The translations under genes and the position numbers were made by a program. From an uncultured Lachnospiraceae bacterium (lineage in GTDB: Bacteria > Bacillota > Clostridia > Lachnospirales > Lachnospiraceae), in NCBI GenBank assembly GCA_902790275.1, contig CADARM010000003.1, positions 1 through 61,011 of the forward strand: a stretch of 61,011 nucleotides of DNA, given 5' to 3'. Below, piece after piece: positions 48,519 through 58,507 of the stretch. Each line of letters opens with the position of its first letter. Position 1 is the first letter of the stretch. The notes under the pieces were generated by a model. It saw only the letters and a list, made by a program, of their open reading frames with translations. It searched no databases and was not told the DNA's origin.

Positions 48519-48632
48519 AATTTGTTTTAATAAAATTCACAATTTTAGTCAAAAAAGTTAAAAAATACTTAATTTTTGACGGATATTATGGGGTTGAAAG
48601 AGGGAAACATGTATTGAAGAGAGGGCGATAAT

Positions 48633-49268
48633 ATGAAGATAGTTATTTTTGCGATCATCAGCTACCTGATCGGATGTATTAATCCCGCATATCTGATCGG
48701 AGTAAAAAAAGGATATGATATAAGAGAACGCGGTTCCTTAAACGCGGGAGCTTCGAACGTTCTGATAAATGTCGGGAAAAGGGCGGGAGCGTTTACGGCG
48801 CTTTTTGATATTTTCAAATCCTTCTTCTGTTATAAAACGGCGGAATTCCTATTCCCCGAGATCACTTTTGCCGGAATGCTCTGCGCATGCCTCTGCGTTC
48901 TGGGACATATCTACCCGGTATTCCTTAGATTCAGGGGCGGAAAAGGATTTGCGAGCCTCGGCGGCCTGATCCTCGGATTCAACTTCAAGGTTGCGCTGAT
49001 AATGCTTTTATGTGCGATAGTGGTGGTGCTCGTGACCGATTATCTCTGCGTTGTTACCACACTCACATCGGCTTCCATTCCGATCATCTATTTTTGCGTG
49101 ACATTAGATGCGGTGGGTGCGAGCATCGTATTCTGCATAGGATTTATCATCATATCCAAGCATTTTTACAATTTTAAGCGTATAAAAAAGGGAACCGAAG
49201 CCAGATTCAGCGGTATCTGGAACAGGGAAAAAGAAGAGGAAAGAATCAGACAAAACTTACAAAAATAA
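48633..49268 (+). CDS. plsY: Glycerol-3-phosphate acyltransferase PlsY family
   Basis: SYLIG, GSLNAGASN, GHIYPVFLRFRGGKG, KHFYNFKRI. Confidence 0.88.
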   Translation: MKIVIFAIISYLIGCINPAYLIGVKKGYDIRERGSLNAGASNVLINVGKRAGAFTALFDIFKSFFCYKTAEFLFPEITFAGMLCACLCVLGHIYPVFLRFRGGKGFASLGGLILGFNFKVALIMLLCAIVVVLVTDYLCVVTTLTSASIPIIYFCVTLDAVGASIVFCIGFIIISKHFYNFKRIKKGTEARFSGIWNREKEEERIRQNLQK

Positions 49269-49286
49269 ACGATTAAATCTTTTGTC

Positions 49287-49347
49287 GGGCGTATGTTTGA
49301 CGGGCTGAAAAAACAATGATTTTTTGCCCCCGCATACGCCCTTTTTT
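49287..49347 (+). terminator. Long-stem terminator after plsY
   Basis: GGGCGTATG...CATACGCCC outer stem, inner GGGC/GCCC, T tail. Confidence 0.65.
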
Positions 49348-49409
49348 ATTGAAAAAAAGGCTAAAAAGCGGTAAAATATTCTATGTATGTATTTGCAATG
49401 GGGTGCACT

Positions 49410-52244
49410 ATGAACATAGAAGACAGAAAGAAGCTTTCAAACAGCTTTCAATATATTCTCACAATGAGACCTGCATTAAACAAGCAGGCTCTCTTCTCGG
49501 ATACAACGCAGGATTATGTTACACCTGCGGAACCGCGTCTTAAAGAAAAAGTCACTATCAAATTCAGGACCGCAAAGAACAATGTAGATGCAATATACGT
49601 CATTTCGGGTGAGAAATCTTTTGAGATGGTAAAGACCGAGATGGACGCTATGTTTGACTACTATTCCTGCGTCATTTCCATGGATGAAAAAATATTCGGA
49701 TACTGCTTCCAGATCTTTGCCGGAAAAGTAATGTGCTATTACAATTCCAGAGGCCTTACGAGAGAGATCCAGGAGTATTACAATTTCCGTATCATAGCAG
49801 GCTTCAGAACACCGACCTGGGCAAAAGGTGCCGTTATGTATCAGATCTATGTTGACAGATTTTATAACGGCGATCCCACAAACGATGTTCTGACCAACGA
49901 ATACACATATCTTGACGGATACAGCGAGCAGGTTACGGATTGGGAAAAATATCCCGCACAGATGGGTGTCAGGGAGTTTTACGGTGGCGATCTTCAGGGT
50001 GTTCTTGACAAGATGGATTATCTCGAAGATCTCGGTATCGACGTGATCTACTTCAATCCTCTTTTCGTATCGCCTTCGAACCACAAGTACGATATTCAGG
50101 ACTACGATTACATCGATCCCCATATCGGTAAGATCGTGGTTGATGAAGGGGAACTTCTGGAGAACGGCCAGAAGGAAAACCGTGTCGCTACAAGATACAT
50201 TAACCGTGTAACAAACAAAAAGAACCTTGAAGCAAGTAACGAGCTTTTTGCAAAGGTTGTAAAAGAAGCACACAAGAGAGGCATGAAAGTCATCCTCGAC
50301 GGTGTATTCAACCACTGCGGTTCGTTTAACAAATGGCTCGACAGGGAAAGAATCTACGAGGATCAGGAAGGCTACGAAAAAGGCGCTTTCATTTCTCAGG
50401 ACAGCCCTTATAAAGATTATTTCAGATTCCACAAAGACGACTGCTGGCCTTACAATCCCAGCTACGACGGATGGTGGGGTCACGATACGCTTCCCAAGCT
50501 CAATTACGAGGGCAGCAGGGAACTTACCGATTACATCATGAAGATAGGCCGTAAATGGGTATCCGCACCGTACAATGCGGACGGATGGAGACTCGACGTT
50601 GCGGCAGACCTCGGCCACTCGCCCGAATTCAATCACAGATTCTGGAAAGAATTCAGAAAATCAGTTAAGCTCGCAAATCCCAATGCGGTCATCATCGCAG
50701 AGCATTACGGATATTCCAGAGACTGGCTTATGGGTGATGAGTGGGATACGGTCATGAACTACGATGCTTTTATGGAGCCGGTAACATGGTTTTTGACCGG
50801 TATGCAGAAGCACAGTGACGACTACAGAGAAGATCTGCTCGGCAATGCAGAGAGTTTCTGGGGAGCCATGACACATCACGGCACCAACTTTACGAATTCT
50901 TCGATGCAGGTTGCCATGAACGAACTCAGTAACCACGACCATTCGAGATTCTTAACGAGAACCAACCGAAAGGTCGGAAGAATGCATACACTCGGATCAA
51001 AAGCAGCCGAAGAGGGCGTAAACAAAGCCGTATTCAGAGAAGCCGTTGTGATGCAGATGACCTGGCCCGGTGCTCCCACGATCTATTACGGAGACGAAGC
51101 GGGACTCTGCGGATTTACGGATCCCGATAACAGAAGAACTTATCCCTGGGGTCACGAAGACAGAGAACTCATCGAATTCCACAAGCAGATGATCAGGGTT
51201 CACAAGCTCAACTCAGTTCTTCTTACAGGCTCGCTTATGAATCTCGGCGAAGATTACAACTACCTCGCTTACGGAAGATTCGACAAGGAAGAGCAGATCG
51301 TCGTAATGGTAAACAACAATTCTTACGAGATCGAAAAAGAAGTGGCTGTCTGGAGGATCGGCGTTCCCGAGAACGCAAAGATGCAGAGGATCGCATTTAC
51401 GGGAAGAGACGGATTCTCATTCGATACATCGATAATAAATGCATCCGAAGGAAAGATAAAAGTTACGCTTCCGCCCGAATCGGCGAGCGTATTCAAAGCC
51501 ATCATTTCCGAGAATGACAGAAAGAGAATAACGATATCCGAACCTGAAGAAGTTAAGGAAACCAAGCCCAAGGCTTCGGAGGCCCAGACTTACAACAAGG
51601 TTAAGGAAGAAAACGTTAAAAGTGCCAACGCCGTTCAGTCCGAACTTGAAGGAGAAGTGGTAGATACCAAGGCAAAGAGCGAAGGTAAGGAAAAGGCTTC
51701 CGACAAGGATAAGGCTAACGAAAAGGCAGAAGGAAAGAGTACAAAGGCTTCAGGCGAAAAGAAATCCGATGAAGCAAAGAAAGCAGACGATTCCAAGAAG
51801 GCAGAGTCTTCAAAGAAAGATGAAAAGGAATCCGACAATAAAGACAAGAATGCGTCCAAGGATGACGTAAAGGCCGAAAAACAGGAAAAGAATTCCGAGA
51901 AGAAGGCCGACAAGTCTGAAGACAAAGAGAAATCCGACAAGGCTGAAAAGGCCGAGAATCAGGATAAGGCCGAAAGCAAAGAAAAGGCTGAGAAGCCTGA
52001 GAAGACCGAAAAAGCCGAGAAGGCGGAAAAGACTGAGAAGTCCGAAAAGACCGACAAGACGGAAAAGAGTACGGATACCAAGAGCGAGAAGGCTCATTCG
52101 GAACCCGAAAAGAAATCCGTCATAGACAGAGGCGCTGTTCCCGCAGCGGAGAAGAAAGAAAAGAAATCCGCATGGGAAGTTGCAGAGGAAGTCTGGGGCA
52201 AACCCGAAGACAACAAGAAGAACTGGTTTCCTTTCTTTAAGTAG
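49410..52244 (+). CDS. GH13 alpha-glucan hydrolase (neopullulanase/cyclomaltodextrinase-like) with a long charged C-terminal tail
   Basis: YQIYVDRF, GGDLQGV, DGVFNH, DGWRLDVA, AEHY, SNHD, IYYGDEAG; no signal peptide; start placed at ATG 49410 (49383 is an alternative). Confidence 0.92.
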   Translation: MNIEDRKKLSNSFQYILTMRPALNKQALFSDTTQDYVTPAEPRLKEKVTIKFRTAKNNVDAIYVISGEKSFEMVKTEMDAMFDYYSCVISMDEKIFGYCFQIFAGKVMCYYNSRGLTREIQEYYNFRIIAGFRTPTWAKGAVMYQIYVDRFYNGDPTNDVLTNEYTYLDGYSEQVTDWEKYPAQMGVREFYGGDLQGVLDKMDYLEDLGIDVIYFNPLFVSPSNHKYDIQDYDYIDPHIGKIVVDEGELLENGQKENRVATRYINRVTNKKNLEASNELFAKVVKEAHKRGMKVILDGVFNHCGSFNKWLDRERIYEDQEGYEKGAFISQDSPYKDYFRFHKDDCWPYNPSYDGWWGHDTLPKLNYEGSRELTDYIMKIGRKWVSAPYNADGWRLDVAADLGHSPEFNHRFWKEFRKSVKLANPNAVIIAEHYGYSRDWLMGDEWDTVMNYDAFMEPVTWFLTGMQKHSDDYREDLLGNAESFWGAMTHHGTNFTNSSMQVAMNELSNHDHSRFLTRTNRKVGRMHTLGSKAAEEGVNKAVFREAVVMQMTWPGAPTIYYGDEAGLCGFTDPDNRRTYPWGHEDRELIEFHKQMIRVHKLNSVLLTGSLMNLGEDYNYLAYGRFDKEEQIVVMVNNNSYEIEKEVAVWRIGVPENAKMQRIAFTGRDGFSFDTSIINASEGKIKVTLPPESASVFKAIISENDRKRITISEPEEVKETKPKASEAQTYNKVKEENVKSANAVQSELEGEVVDTKAKSEGKEKASDKDKANEKAEGKSTKASGEKKSDEAKKADDSKKAESSKKDEKESDNKDKNASKDDVKAEKQEKNSEKKADKSEDKEKSDKAEKAENQDKAESKEKAEKPEKTEKAEKAEKTEKSEKTDKTEKSTDTKSEKAHSEPEKKSVIDRGAVPAAEKKEKKSAWEVAEEVWGKPEDNKKNWFPFFK

Positions 52245-52268
52245 AATCGTGCCTTTTAAGGAGTAACA

Positions 52269-53354
52269 ATGATCACAAAACAAGTTATCCAAACAAGCAT
52301 AGAAGAATTGAAGGAAGTATCCAAGATCGACTTCTTTGTTATCGACGGCCAGGGTCTTTTAATGGCGGCAACGAGCAAAGAGATCCCCGGAACGGACCAG
52401 ATGCTTGAGTTCTTTTCTTCAAAAGCGGACAGCCAGATAATCGGCGATGTGACTCTTTTTAAGATAAAAGAGGACGAAGAACCGGTATTTGTTCTGGCAG
52501 CAAAAGGAAACCCCGCAGATACATACGTTTTCGGAAAGATCTGCGTCAACGAACTGACTCATCTCCTGGTTGCGTACAGAGAGCAGTTCGACAATACGAT
52601 CTATTTCCAGAACCTTTTGCTTGACAATCTGCTCTCGGTCGATATCTATAACCGGGCAAGAAAGCTCGGCATCACGCATAACAGCAAAAGGATCGTTTAT
52701 GTGATCGAAGTTCCGAGAGACAAATCGGTCGAAGCGATGCTCGCATTAAAGAGCGCATTTGCCGAAGAAGGTGATTATTCGGTGAGTGTCGATGACAGAA
52801 ACGTAATCCTTATCCATACGCTCGGCGAAGACGAAGACCTTGATAACATCGAAGAGATGGCCAAATGCATCGAGGAGATCTTAAATACCGAGGTCATGAT
52901 AAAGACAAGAGTGGCATACGGTGCGGTAACGGAAGATTTGCGTCTCCTGTCGCAGTCCTACAAAGAAGCCAAAATGGCACTCGATGTCGGAGCGATCTTT
53001 TATTCGGAAAAGACGATCATGGCGTACGATTCACTCGGAATCGGAAGACTTATCTATCAGCTTCCGGTAAATCTCTGCAAGATATTTGTGGAGGAAGTAT
53101 TCGGGGACGAGATGCCCGAAGAGGTGGACGAGGAAGTAATAGGAACCGTCAATGCGTTCCTTGACAATAACTTTAACGTATCGGAAACCGCAAGACAGTT
53201 ATACATTCACAGAAACACACTCGGCTACAGAATAGAAAAGTTAAAGCAGTCGACCGGCCTTGATGTGAGAGAGTTTAACGATGCTTTAACTTTCAGAATA
53301 GCTCTTATGGTTGTGAATTACGTGAAATTCATGGAAGAAAACGAGAAGATTTAA
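52269..53354 (+). CDS. PucR/CdaR-family transcriptional regulator
   Basis: C-terminal NVSETARQLYIHRNTLGYRIEK HTH. Confidence 0.92.
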   Translation: MITKQVIQTSIEELKEVSKIDFFVIDGQGLLMAATSKEIPGTDQMLEFFSSKADSQIIGDVTLFKIKEDEEPVFVLAAKGNPADTYVFGKICVNELTHLLVAYREQFDNTIYFQNLLLDNLLSVDIYNRARKLGITHNSKRIVYVIEVPRDKSVEAMLALKSAFAEEGDYSVSVDDRNVILIHTLGEDEDLDNIEEMAKCIEEILNTEVMIKTRVAYGAVTEDLRLLSQSYKEAKMALDVGAIFYSEKTIMAYDSLGIGRLIYQLPVNLCKIFVEEVFGDEMPEEVDEEVIGTVNAFLDNNFNVSETARQLYIHRNTLGYRIEKLKQSTGLDVREFNDALTFRIALMVVNYVKFMEENEKI

Positions 53355-54082
53355 GCTATACCTCTTAGTGAAGTATTGACGCCGAGAGAATTAAGAAGCT
53401 CACAGATCTCTTTGAGTTCCTCGTTCTTGTAAGGTGTGAATACATTCGGGAAAGAGGCACGGAATTCATCATCCATCATATGGGAAAGAATGGTCTCCGA
53501 AGGACGGTAGGACTGAAGATAATAAGCCTTGCAGCCTTTGATCCATTCGGCGATGGAACGAAATTCTTTTTCACCGTGAAGCTCTCTGCTGACGGTGGTC
53601 CTGAATTCATAATCGATACCTGAATTCATAAGAAGCTTAACAGATTCTTCGATCGCGGAAATATCCACGTTTTTGATACCGCATGCTAAAGGATATCCTT
53701 CTTTTGAAGATTTGATATCCATGGCAACGTAATCGATAAGGGAATTATCGATAAGATATTTGATCGTATCGGGTTTTAATCCGTTGGAATCAAGTTTGAC
53801 CAAAAGATCGCGGGCCTTGATCTTTTTGATAAAATCGACAAGATCCGCATTGACCGTGGGTTCGCCGCCGGTAATGGCCACGCCTTCCAGGCGACCTTTT
53901 CTGGACTCGAGAAATGCGAAGAAATCTTCTTCGGGAATTCCGGGTTCGGAGTCGGGGCACAGAACGAGTTCACCGTTTTGACAGAATGGACAGCGCATAT
54001 TGCAGCGTCCGGTAAAAACAGTGCAGGCGAGATGACCTGGGTAATCCAGTAAAGTTGTTTTGCTTAATCCGTGAATCGTCAT
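53351..54082 (-). CDS. nrdG: Anaerobic ribonucleotide reductase activating protein (radical SAM)
   Basis: LLDYPG, CNMRCPFCQN, AITGGEPT, KLDSNG, YEFRTT; NrdR boxes upstream. Confidence 0.92.
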   Translation of the reverse strand: MTIHGLSKTTLLDYPGHLACTVFTGRCNMRCPFCQNGELVLCPDSEPGIPEEDFFAFLESRKGRLEGVAITGGEPTVNADLVDFIKKIKARDLLVKLDSNGLKPDTIKYLIDNSLIDYVAMDIKSSKEGYPLACGIKNVDISAIEESVKLLMNSGIDYEFRTTVSRELHGEKEFRSIAEWIKGCKAYYLQSYRPSETILSHMMDDEFRASFPNVFTPYKNEELKEICELLNSLGVNTSLRGIA

Positions 54083-54113
54083 GACAAACCTCCGGTAACG
54101 GCTATACAGCCGA

Positions 54114-54182
54114 ATCGACCATATAGTGGTTTTGTAAAGCTTTATTTATTTTAAAGCACAATCTATAGTGGTTATTATATCA
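54114..54182 (-). promoter_or_regulatory. Tandem NrdR boxes and extended -10 promoter of nrdG
   Basis: GCACAATCTATAGTGG (54156-54171, 13/16 to acaCwAtATaTwGtgt) and weaker ATCGACCATATAGTGG (54114-54129), 42 bp apart; minus-strand TGaTATAAT at 54182-54174. Confidence 0.75.
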
Positions 54183-54339
54183 CAGTTGTCAAACGATGTC
54201 TTAATGAAATTGAAAGAGATATAAAAAACACGGAATAAACGTTATTGGTTACAGATACCTATTTTTTTACATAAAAAAATAAGTTATTATTATAATGTGT
54301 GACAAAAAAAGGAAACAAAAATAAAAAGGGGTACGGGAA

Positions 54340-54918
54340 ATGGCAGACTTAAAGAAACTTATGCTGGACGAGATCAGAAAAAATACTCGCATCCAGTCGT
54401 CTTACATCGATGAGACGGAAGAACTTATTGACACGGGACTTGAGAAAAACGACGATAATCTTACTGCAGTTGCGCTCGCATATCTGGACGAGAAGGGGTA
54501 CAGAAGAAGAGTAGACAACCTTGAAATAGCAAAACAGAAGATCCTCGAGACCTCAGAAGGTTACGATACGATCATCGTAAAGAAGAACAGGATCGTTGAG
54601 ACCAACATCTTCGAAAAGGCAACGGTTGCCGAATTAAGAGATGCACTTGACTTATGTCTTGTAAATACGGTTTCGTCGATACATACAAAACTCGACAGAC
54701 TTACAAATAAACAGTATATTTACAAAGTTGATTTTATAGATTCCTTCAAACTCGAAAGCGACAGACCGAGAACAGGGCATCTGGGTGCCGAGAATTTTGA
54801 GACACTCGAAGAAAAGATCAACAAATACGCACACGACGGCTGGGAGCTCGACAAGATGCATACCGAGCCTAAAGGAACGAGAGTATTCCTCGTATTCAGA
54901 AGAGAAAAAATGTCATAG
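54340..54918 (+). CDS. Hypothetical protein with a DUF4177-like C-terminus
   Basis: LEEKINKYAHDGWEL...LVFRR ending; G-rich RBS. Confidence 0.7.
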   Translation: MADLKKLMLDEIRKNTRIQSSYIDETEELIDTGLEKNDDNLTAVALAYLDEKGYRRRVDNLEIAKQKILETSEGYDTIIVKKNRIVETNIFEKATVAELRDALDLCLVNTVSSIHTKLDRLTNKQYIYKVDFIDSFKLESDRPRTGHLGAENFETLEEKINKYAHDGWELDKMHTEPKGTRVFLVFRREKMS

Positions 54919-54920
54919 GA

Positions 54921-54953
54921 GACAGGGGCTGCGCGAGCAGTCCTTGTCGTTTT
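54921..54953 (+). terminator. Hairpin/terminator directly upstream of tadA
   Basis: GACAGGGGCTGC-gcga-GCAGTCCTTGTC then GTTTT. Confidence 0.6.
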
Positions 54954-54960
54954 GCGAATA

Positions 54961-55449
54961 ATGGGATTTGATTACGATCACGAAAAGTTCATGAGGATGG
55001 CCATAAAGCAGGCCGACAAGGCGGCATCGATAGGGGAAGTTCCCATCGGATGCGTCATTGTAAGAGAAGGAAAAGTCATTGCCCGCGGTTACAACCGCAG
55101 GAAAAACGACAGGAACACCCTCTCACATGCGGAGATATCCGCGATTAACAAAGCCTGCAAAAAGACCGGCGACTGGCGTCTGGAAGACTGCGTACTCTAT
55201 GTTACGCTCGAACCCTGTCAGATGTGCGCCGGAGCCATAGTCCAGGCCAGGATCCCGCTCGTTGTCATAGGCTGTAAAAACGAAAAAGCGGGCTGCGCGG
55301 GTTCTATCCTCGATCTTTTCAATGTGGATAAATTCAATCATAAGGTTGATAAGATAGAAGGCGTTCTCGAAGAAGAATGTTCGACTATGCTGACGGAGTT
55401 TTTTAAAGGCTTGAGGCAAAGACTCAAGATCGAGAAGGAAAATCAATGA
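54961..55449 (+). CDS. tadA: tRNA adenosine(34) deaminase
   Basis: GEVPIGCVIV, HAE, TLEPCQMCAGA, FNH; start uncertain (ATG 54961 or TTG 54952). Confidence 0.95.
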   Translation: MGFDYDHEKFMRMAIKQADKAASIGEVPIGCVIVREGKVIARGYNRRKNDRNTLSHAEISAINKACKKTGDWRLEDCVLYVTLEPCQMCAGAIVQARIPLVVIGCKNEKAGCAGSILDLFNVDKFNHKVDKIEGVLEEECSTMLTEFFKGLRQRLKIEKENQ

Positions 55450-56777
55450 AACTGAATACAAAACTGATAATTACATTTATCCTGTTTTTTACGGTACCGA
55501 CGATCCTTGTCGTATGCAGTTATCTTGTGCTTCGCTTCGGCTTCGGATTTATGATCGTAGAAAAGGTTGTCACTGACGGGCAGGTAAGTTTCATGATGTC
55601 GGAAGAATCACTGCTGTCCGCGATCATAGTGATCTTTTGTGTATTGATCCTAACCGGTATCGTTCTGGTCAACTGGCTTATGTACGGATTCATCAAACCC
55701 ATCAACCAGTTAAAGAGAGCACTTCATAATATCGAGAACGGCGATTACGACACATCACTTATCAAGCCCAAGCAGGCTGAATTCGAAGGACTTTTCAAGG
55801 ATTTCGAATCGATGAGAATAAAGCTTAAGGAAAACCGTGACAGAAGAAACTTGGCCGAGAAGCAGAACAAAGAGCTTATCGCCAACATCACGCACGACCT
55901 TAAGACCCCCATCACATCCATCAGAGGATATGTCGAAGGTATCATGGACGGCGTAGCGGATACCGAAGAAAAGATGGACCGCTACATCAAGACGATCTAC
56001 AACAAAGCCAATGCGCTTAACGCACTTATCAACGAGCTTACGGGTTATTCAAAGATCGATGCCCGTGAGATCACATACAACTTCAGAAGGATTTCCGTAG
56101 ACGAATATTTCGGCGACTGTGCTTCCGAGATGATCTTCGATCTTCAGGAACAGGGAATGAAGTTTGTATACGACAACAGGGTCAAGAAGAACACGGCTGT
56201 TCTTGCAGACCCCGTACAGTTAAGTAAAGTTATTCACAATATCATTTCAAACAGCATCAAATACAAATGTCCCGAAAGATCCGTTATCAGAATGCGTCTT
56301 AAAGATATGGGCGAGTACATTCAGGTGGATGTAAGGGATAACGGAATGGGTATTCCCAAAGAGGATACCGAAAAGATCTTCGACAGATTCTTCCGTTCGG
56401 ATGCATCGAGAAACTCGGATAAGGGCGGAAACGGAATCGGACTTTCTATCGCAAAGAAGATCATCGAAGACCACGGCGGACGTATCTGGGCATCGGTTGA
56501 CGGCTCGGTCGGACTTACGATCCATTTCACGTTAAGAAAATATACCGATGAGATCATGGCCGATTACACCAAGGAACCCGAACAGATCAATATCGACATT
56601 GAAAACGTTTACGATGGGGATGAAGTGGGCAGAGGAGAAACAGGCCCCTTGGAAGCTTTGGAACCGGATGAGAAAATAATAATCGATGCCGAAGTTGAAG
56701 AGATCACCGATGAAGAAGTGATCAAGAATTACAACGAAGTTATCAATATGCTCGGTGATTTTGAAGACGAGACATAA
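55446..56777 (+). CDS. Sensor histidine kinase (2 TM, HAMP, HisKA, HATPase)
   Basis: THDLKTPIT, NSIKY, DNGMGI, FDRFFR, GNGIGLSI; acidic C-terminal extension. Confidence 0.95.
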   Translation: MKLNTKLIITFILFFTVPTILVVCSYLVLRFGFGFMIVEKVVTDGQVSFMMSEESLLSAIIVIFCVLILTGIVLVNWLMYGFIKPINQLKRALHNIENGDYDTSLIKPKQAEFEGLFKDFESMRIKLKENRDRRNLAEKQNKELIANITHDLKTPITSIRGYVEGIMDGVADTEEKMDRYIKTIYNKANALNALINELTGYSKIDAREITYNFRRISVDEYFGDCASEMIFDLQEQGMKFVYDNRVKKNTAVLADPVQLSKVIHNIISNSIKYKCPERSVIRMRLKDMGEYIQVDVRDNGMGIPKEDTEKIFDRFFRSDASRNSDKGGNGIGLSIAKKIIEDHGGRIWASVDGSVGLTIHFTLRKYTDEIMADYTKEPEQINIDIENVYDGDEVGRGETGPLEALEPDEKIIIDAEVEEITDEEVIKNYNEVINMLGDFEDET

Positions 56778-56828
56778 TTTGCAACTTGTAAATAATCAGA
56801 GAGATTAGGAAAGAAACAGGGTGAACGC

Positions 56829-57521
56829 ATGAAACTGTTGATCATTGAAGACGAACTCGCAATTGCGGAACTTGAAAAAGACTATCTGGAGATGAACAAT
56901 TATAACGTGGAAGTGGCATTGAACGGCCGTGACGGTCTTCGTATGGCACTCGAAGAGAATTTCGACCTCGTTATCCTCGATCTTATGATCCCCGAAGTCG
57001 ACGGCCAGACCGTATGCAGGGAGATCAGAAAAGAAAAAGACATCCCCATCATCATAGTATCCGCCAAGAAAGAGGACTGGGACAAAGTACAGCTCCTCGG
57101 CGTCGGCGCGGACGACTATATGACCAAGCCTTTCTCACCCAGTGAACTTGTAGCGAGAGTTAAGGCTCACCTTGCAAGATACAGCCGTCTTGTCGGATCC
57201 GCTCACAGAAGCGAAAACGACACGATCGACGTTAACGGACTCCGTATCGACAAGCTCGCGCGAAGAGTATTTTTAGACGGCGAAGAAAAATCCTTCACCG
57301 GCAAAGAGTACGATCTTCTGCTTTTCCTTGCCGAGAACCCCAACCGCGTATTCGGAAAAGAAGACCTCTTCCGCGAGATCTGGAAAGCAGAGCCCGCCGG
57401 CACCGATATCGCGACCGTTACCGTTCACATCAAAAAGATCCGTGAGAAGATCGAAAAAGATTCATCCCATCCCCTTTACATCGAAACTCTGTGGGGCGTG
57501 GGTTATCGTTTCAAAATGTAA
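56829..57521 (+). CDS. OmpR-family response regulator
   Basis: LIIEDE, LDLMIP, DDYMTKPF, IETLWGVGYRF. Confidence 0.97.
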   Translation: MKLLIIEDELAIAELEKDYLEMNNYNVEVALNGRDGLRMALEENFDLVILDLMIPEVDGQTVCREIRKEKDIPIIIVSAKKEDWDKVQLLGVGADDYMTKPFSPSELVARVKAHLARYSRLVGSAHRSENDTIDVNGLRIDKLARRVFLDGEEKSFTGKEYDLLLFLAENPNRVFGKEDLFREIWKAEPAGTDIATVTVHIKKIREKIEKDSSHPLYIETLWGVGYRFKM

Positions 57522-57529
57522 ATTTCAAG

Positions 57530-57718
57530 GGGGCTGGCGAAAAATATTTCCACCGGCAACGGCACTTGAGTTCTAAGCTCGCCGTATCGTTCACAAACAC
57601 GACCGTTTCTGCGGAACTCGCTTTGCTCAAACAGTCCTCGAAACGGCCGGTTCACGATATTGCTCGCTAAGAACTCACGGCAAAAAGTTGCCCGGCAGAA
57701 ACATTTTTCGCCATCCCC
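57530..57718. repeat. ~190-bp nested inverted repeat (MITE/REP-like)
   Basis: Terminal arms GGGGCTGGCGAAAAATATTTC / GAAACATTTTTCGCCATCCCC; inner pairs GGCAAC/GTTGCC, TGAGTTCT/AGAACTCA, ATCGT/ACGAT, CCGTTTC/GAAACGG; apex AACTCGCTTTGCTCAAACAG. Confidence 0.8.
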
Positions 57719-57766
57719 GTTAAAGATATAAATCTCAAAACCTTTAATGAGACAACAGGTTTTATA

Positions 57767-58408
57767 ATGGAAATAGTTTACAAAGATTCGGATATAATCG
57801 TAATAAACAAGCCTGCGGGGATCCCGGTCGAGACTAAGAATATCAGGCAGAAGGACTGCGAGAGCGAACTTAAGAAGATCCTTGCCGGCGAGGGGATCAA
57901 AAACCCCTACCTTGCGGTGATAAACAGACTTGACCAGCCCGTAAACGGACTGGTTCTTTTTGCGCTTAATAAAGAAGCTGCAGCGAAGCTTTCGAAAGAT
58001 TTAACGGACGGAAAGATTGAGAAGTTTTACAAAGCGGAAGTATTCGGCGAATTTGAAGAAAAAGAGGGTACTCTCGAAGATATGATCTATAAGGACGGCA
58101 GATCGAATCAGTCGTTCATTGTCGGCAGTAAGGATCAAAGATACAATCAGGCGAAGAAAGCGATCCTTCACTATAAAGAGGAAGAACCCGGGAAACTTGA
58201 TATTAAACTTATAACCGGAAGACATCATCAGATAAGAGTTCAGCTTGCGAATGCGGGTCATCCGATACTCGGAGATACCAAGTACGGGAATGAGGCCTCC
58301 AGAGAAGAGTCTGATAAAAAGAATATCAACATTCTATGTTTAACCTCATACAGACTCTCGTTTAAGCATCCGAAAACCGGAAAAGAGATGGAGTTTATTA
58401 AGGAATAA
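57767..58408 (+). CDS. RluA-family pseudouridine synthase
   Basis: INKPAGI, NRLDQPVNG, TGRHHQIRVQL, GHPILGDTKYG. Confidence 0.94.
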   Translation: MEIVYKDSDIIVINKPAGIPVETKNIRQKDCESELKKILAGEGIKNPYLAVINRLDQPVNGLVLFALNKEAAAKLSKDLTDGKIEKFYKAEVFGEFEEKEGTLEDMIYKDGRSNQSFIVGSKDQRYNQAKKAILHYKEEEPGKLDIKLITGRHHQIRVQLANAGHPILGDTKYGNEASREESDKKNINILCLTSYRLSFKHPKTGKEMEFIKE

Positions 58409-58455
58409 AAAGGAGTCTGCATTAATGTGGAAGTCCGATCTGTATAGTAAGCACA

Positions 58456-58485
58456 TTGACAAAGTATATACATAAGTATATACTT
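58456..58485 (+). promoter_or_regulatory. vapBC promoter with overlapping palindromic operator
   Basis: TTGACA-17 nt-TATACT; AAGTATATAC-ataa-GTATATACTT inverted repeat across spacer and -10. Confidence 0.85.
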
Positions 58486-58507
58486 TTTTTAATAGGAGGT
58501 AATAACT

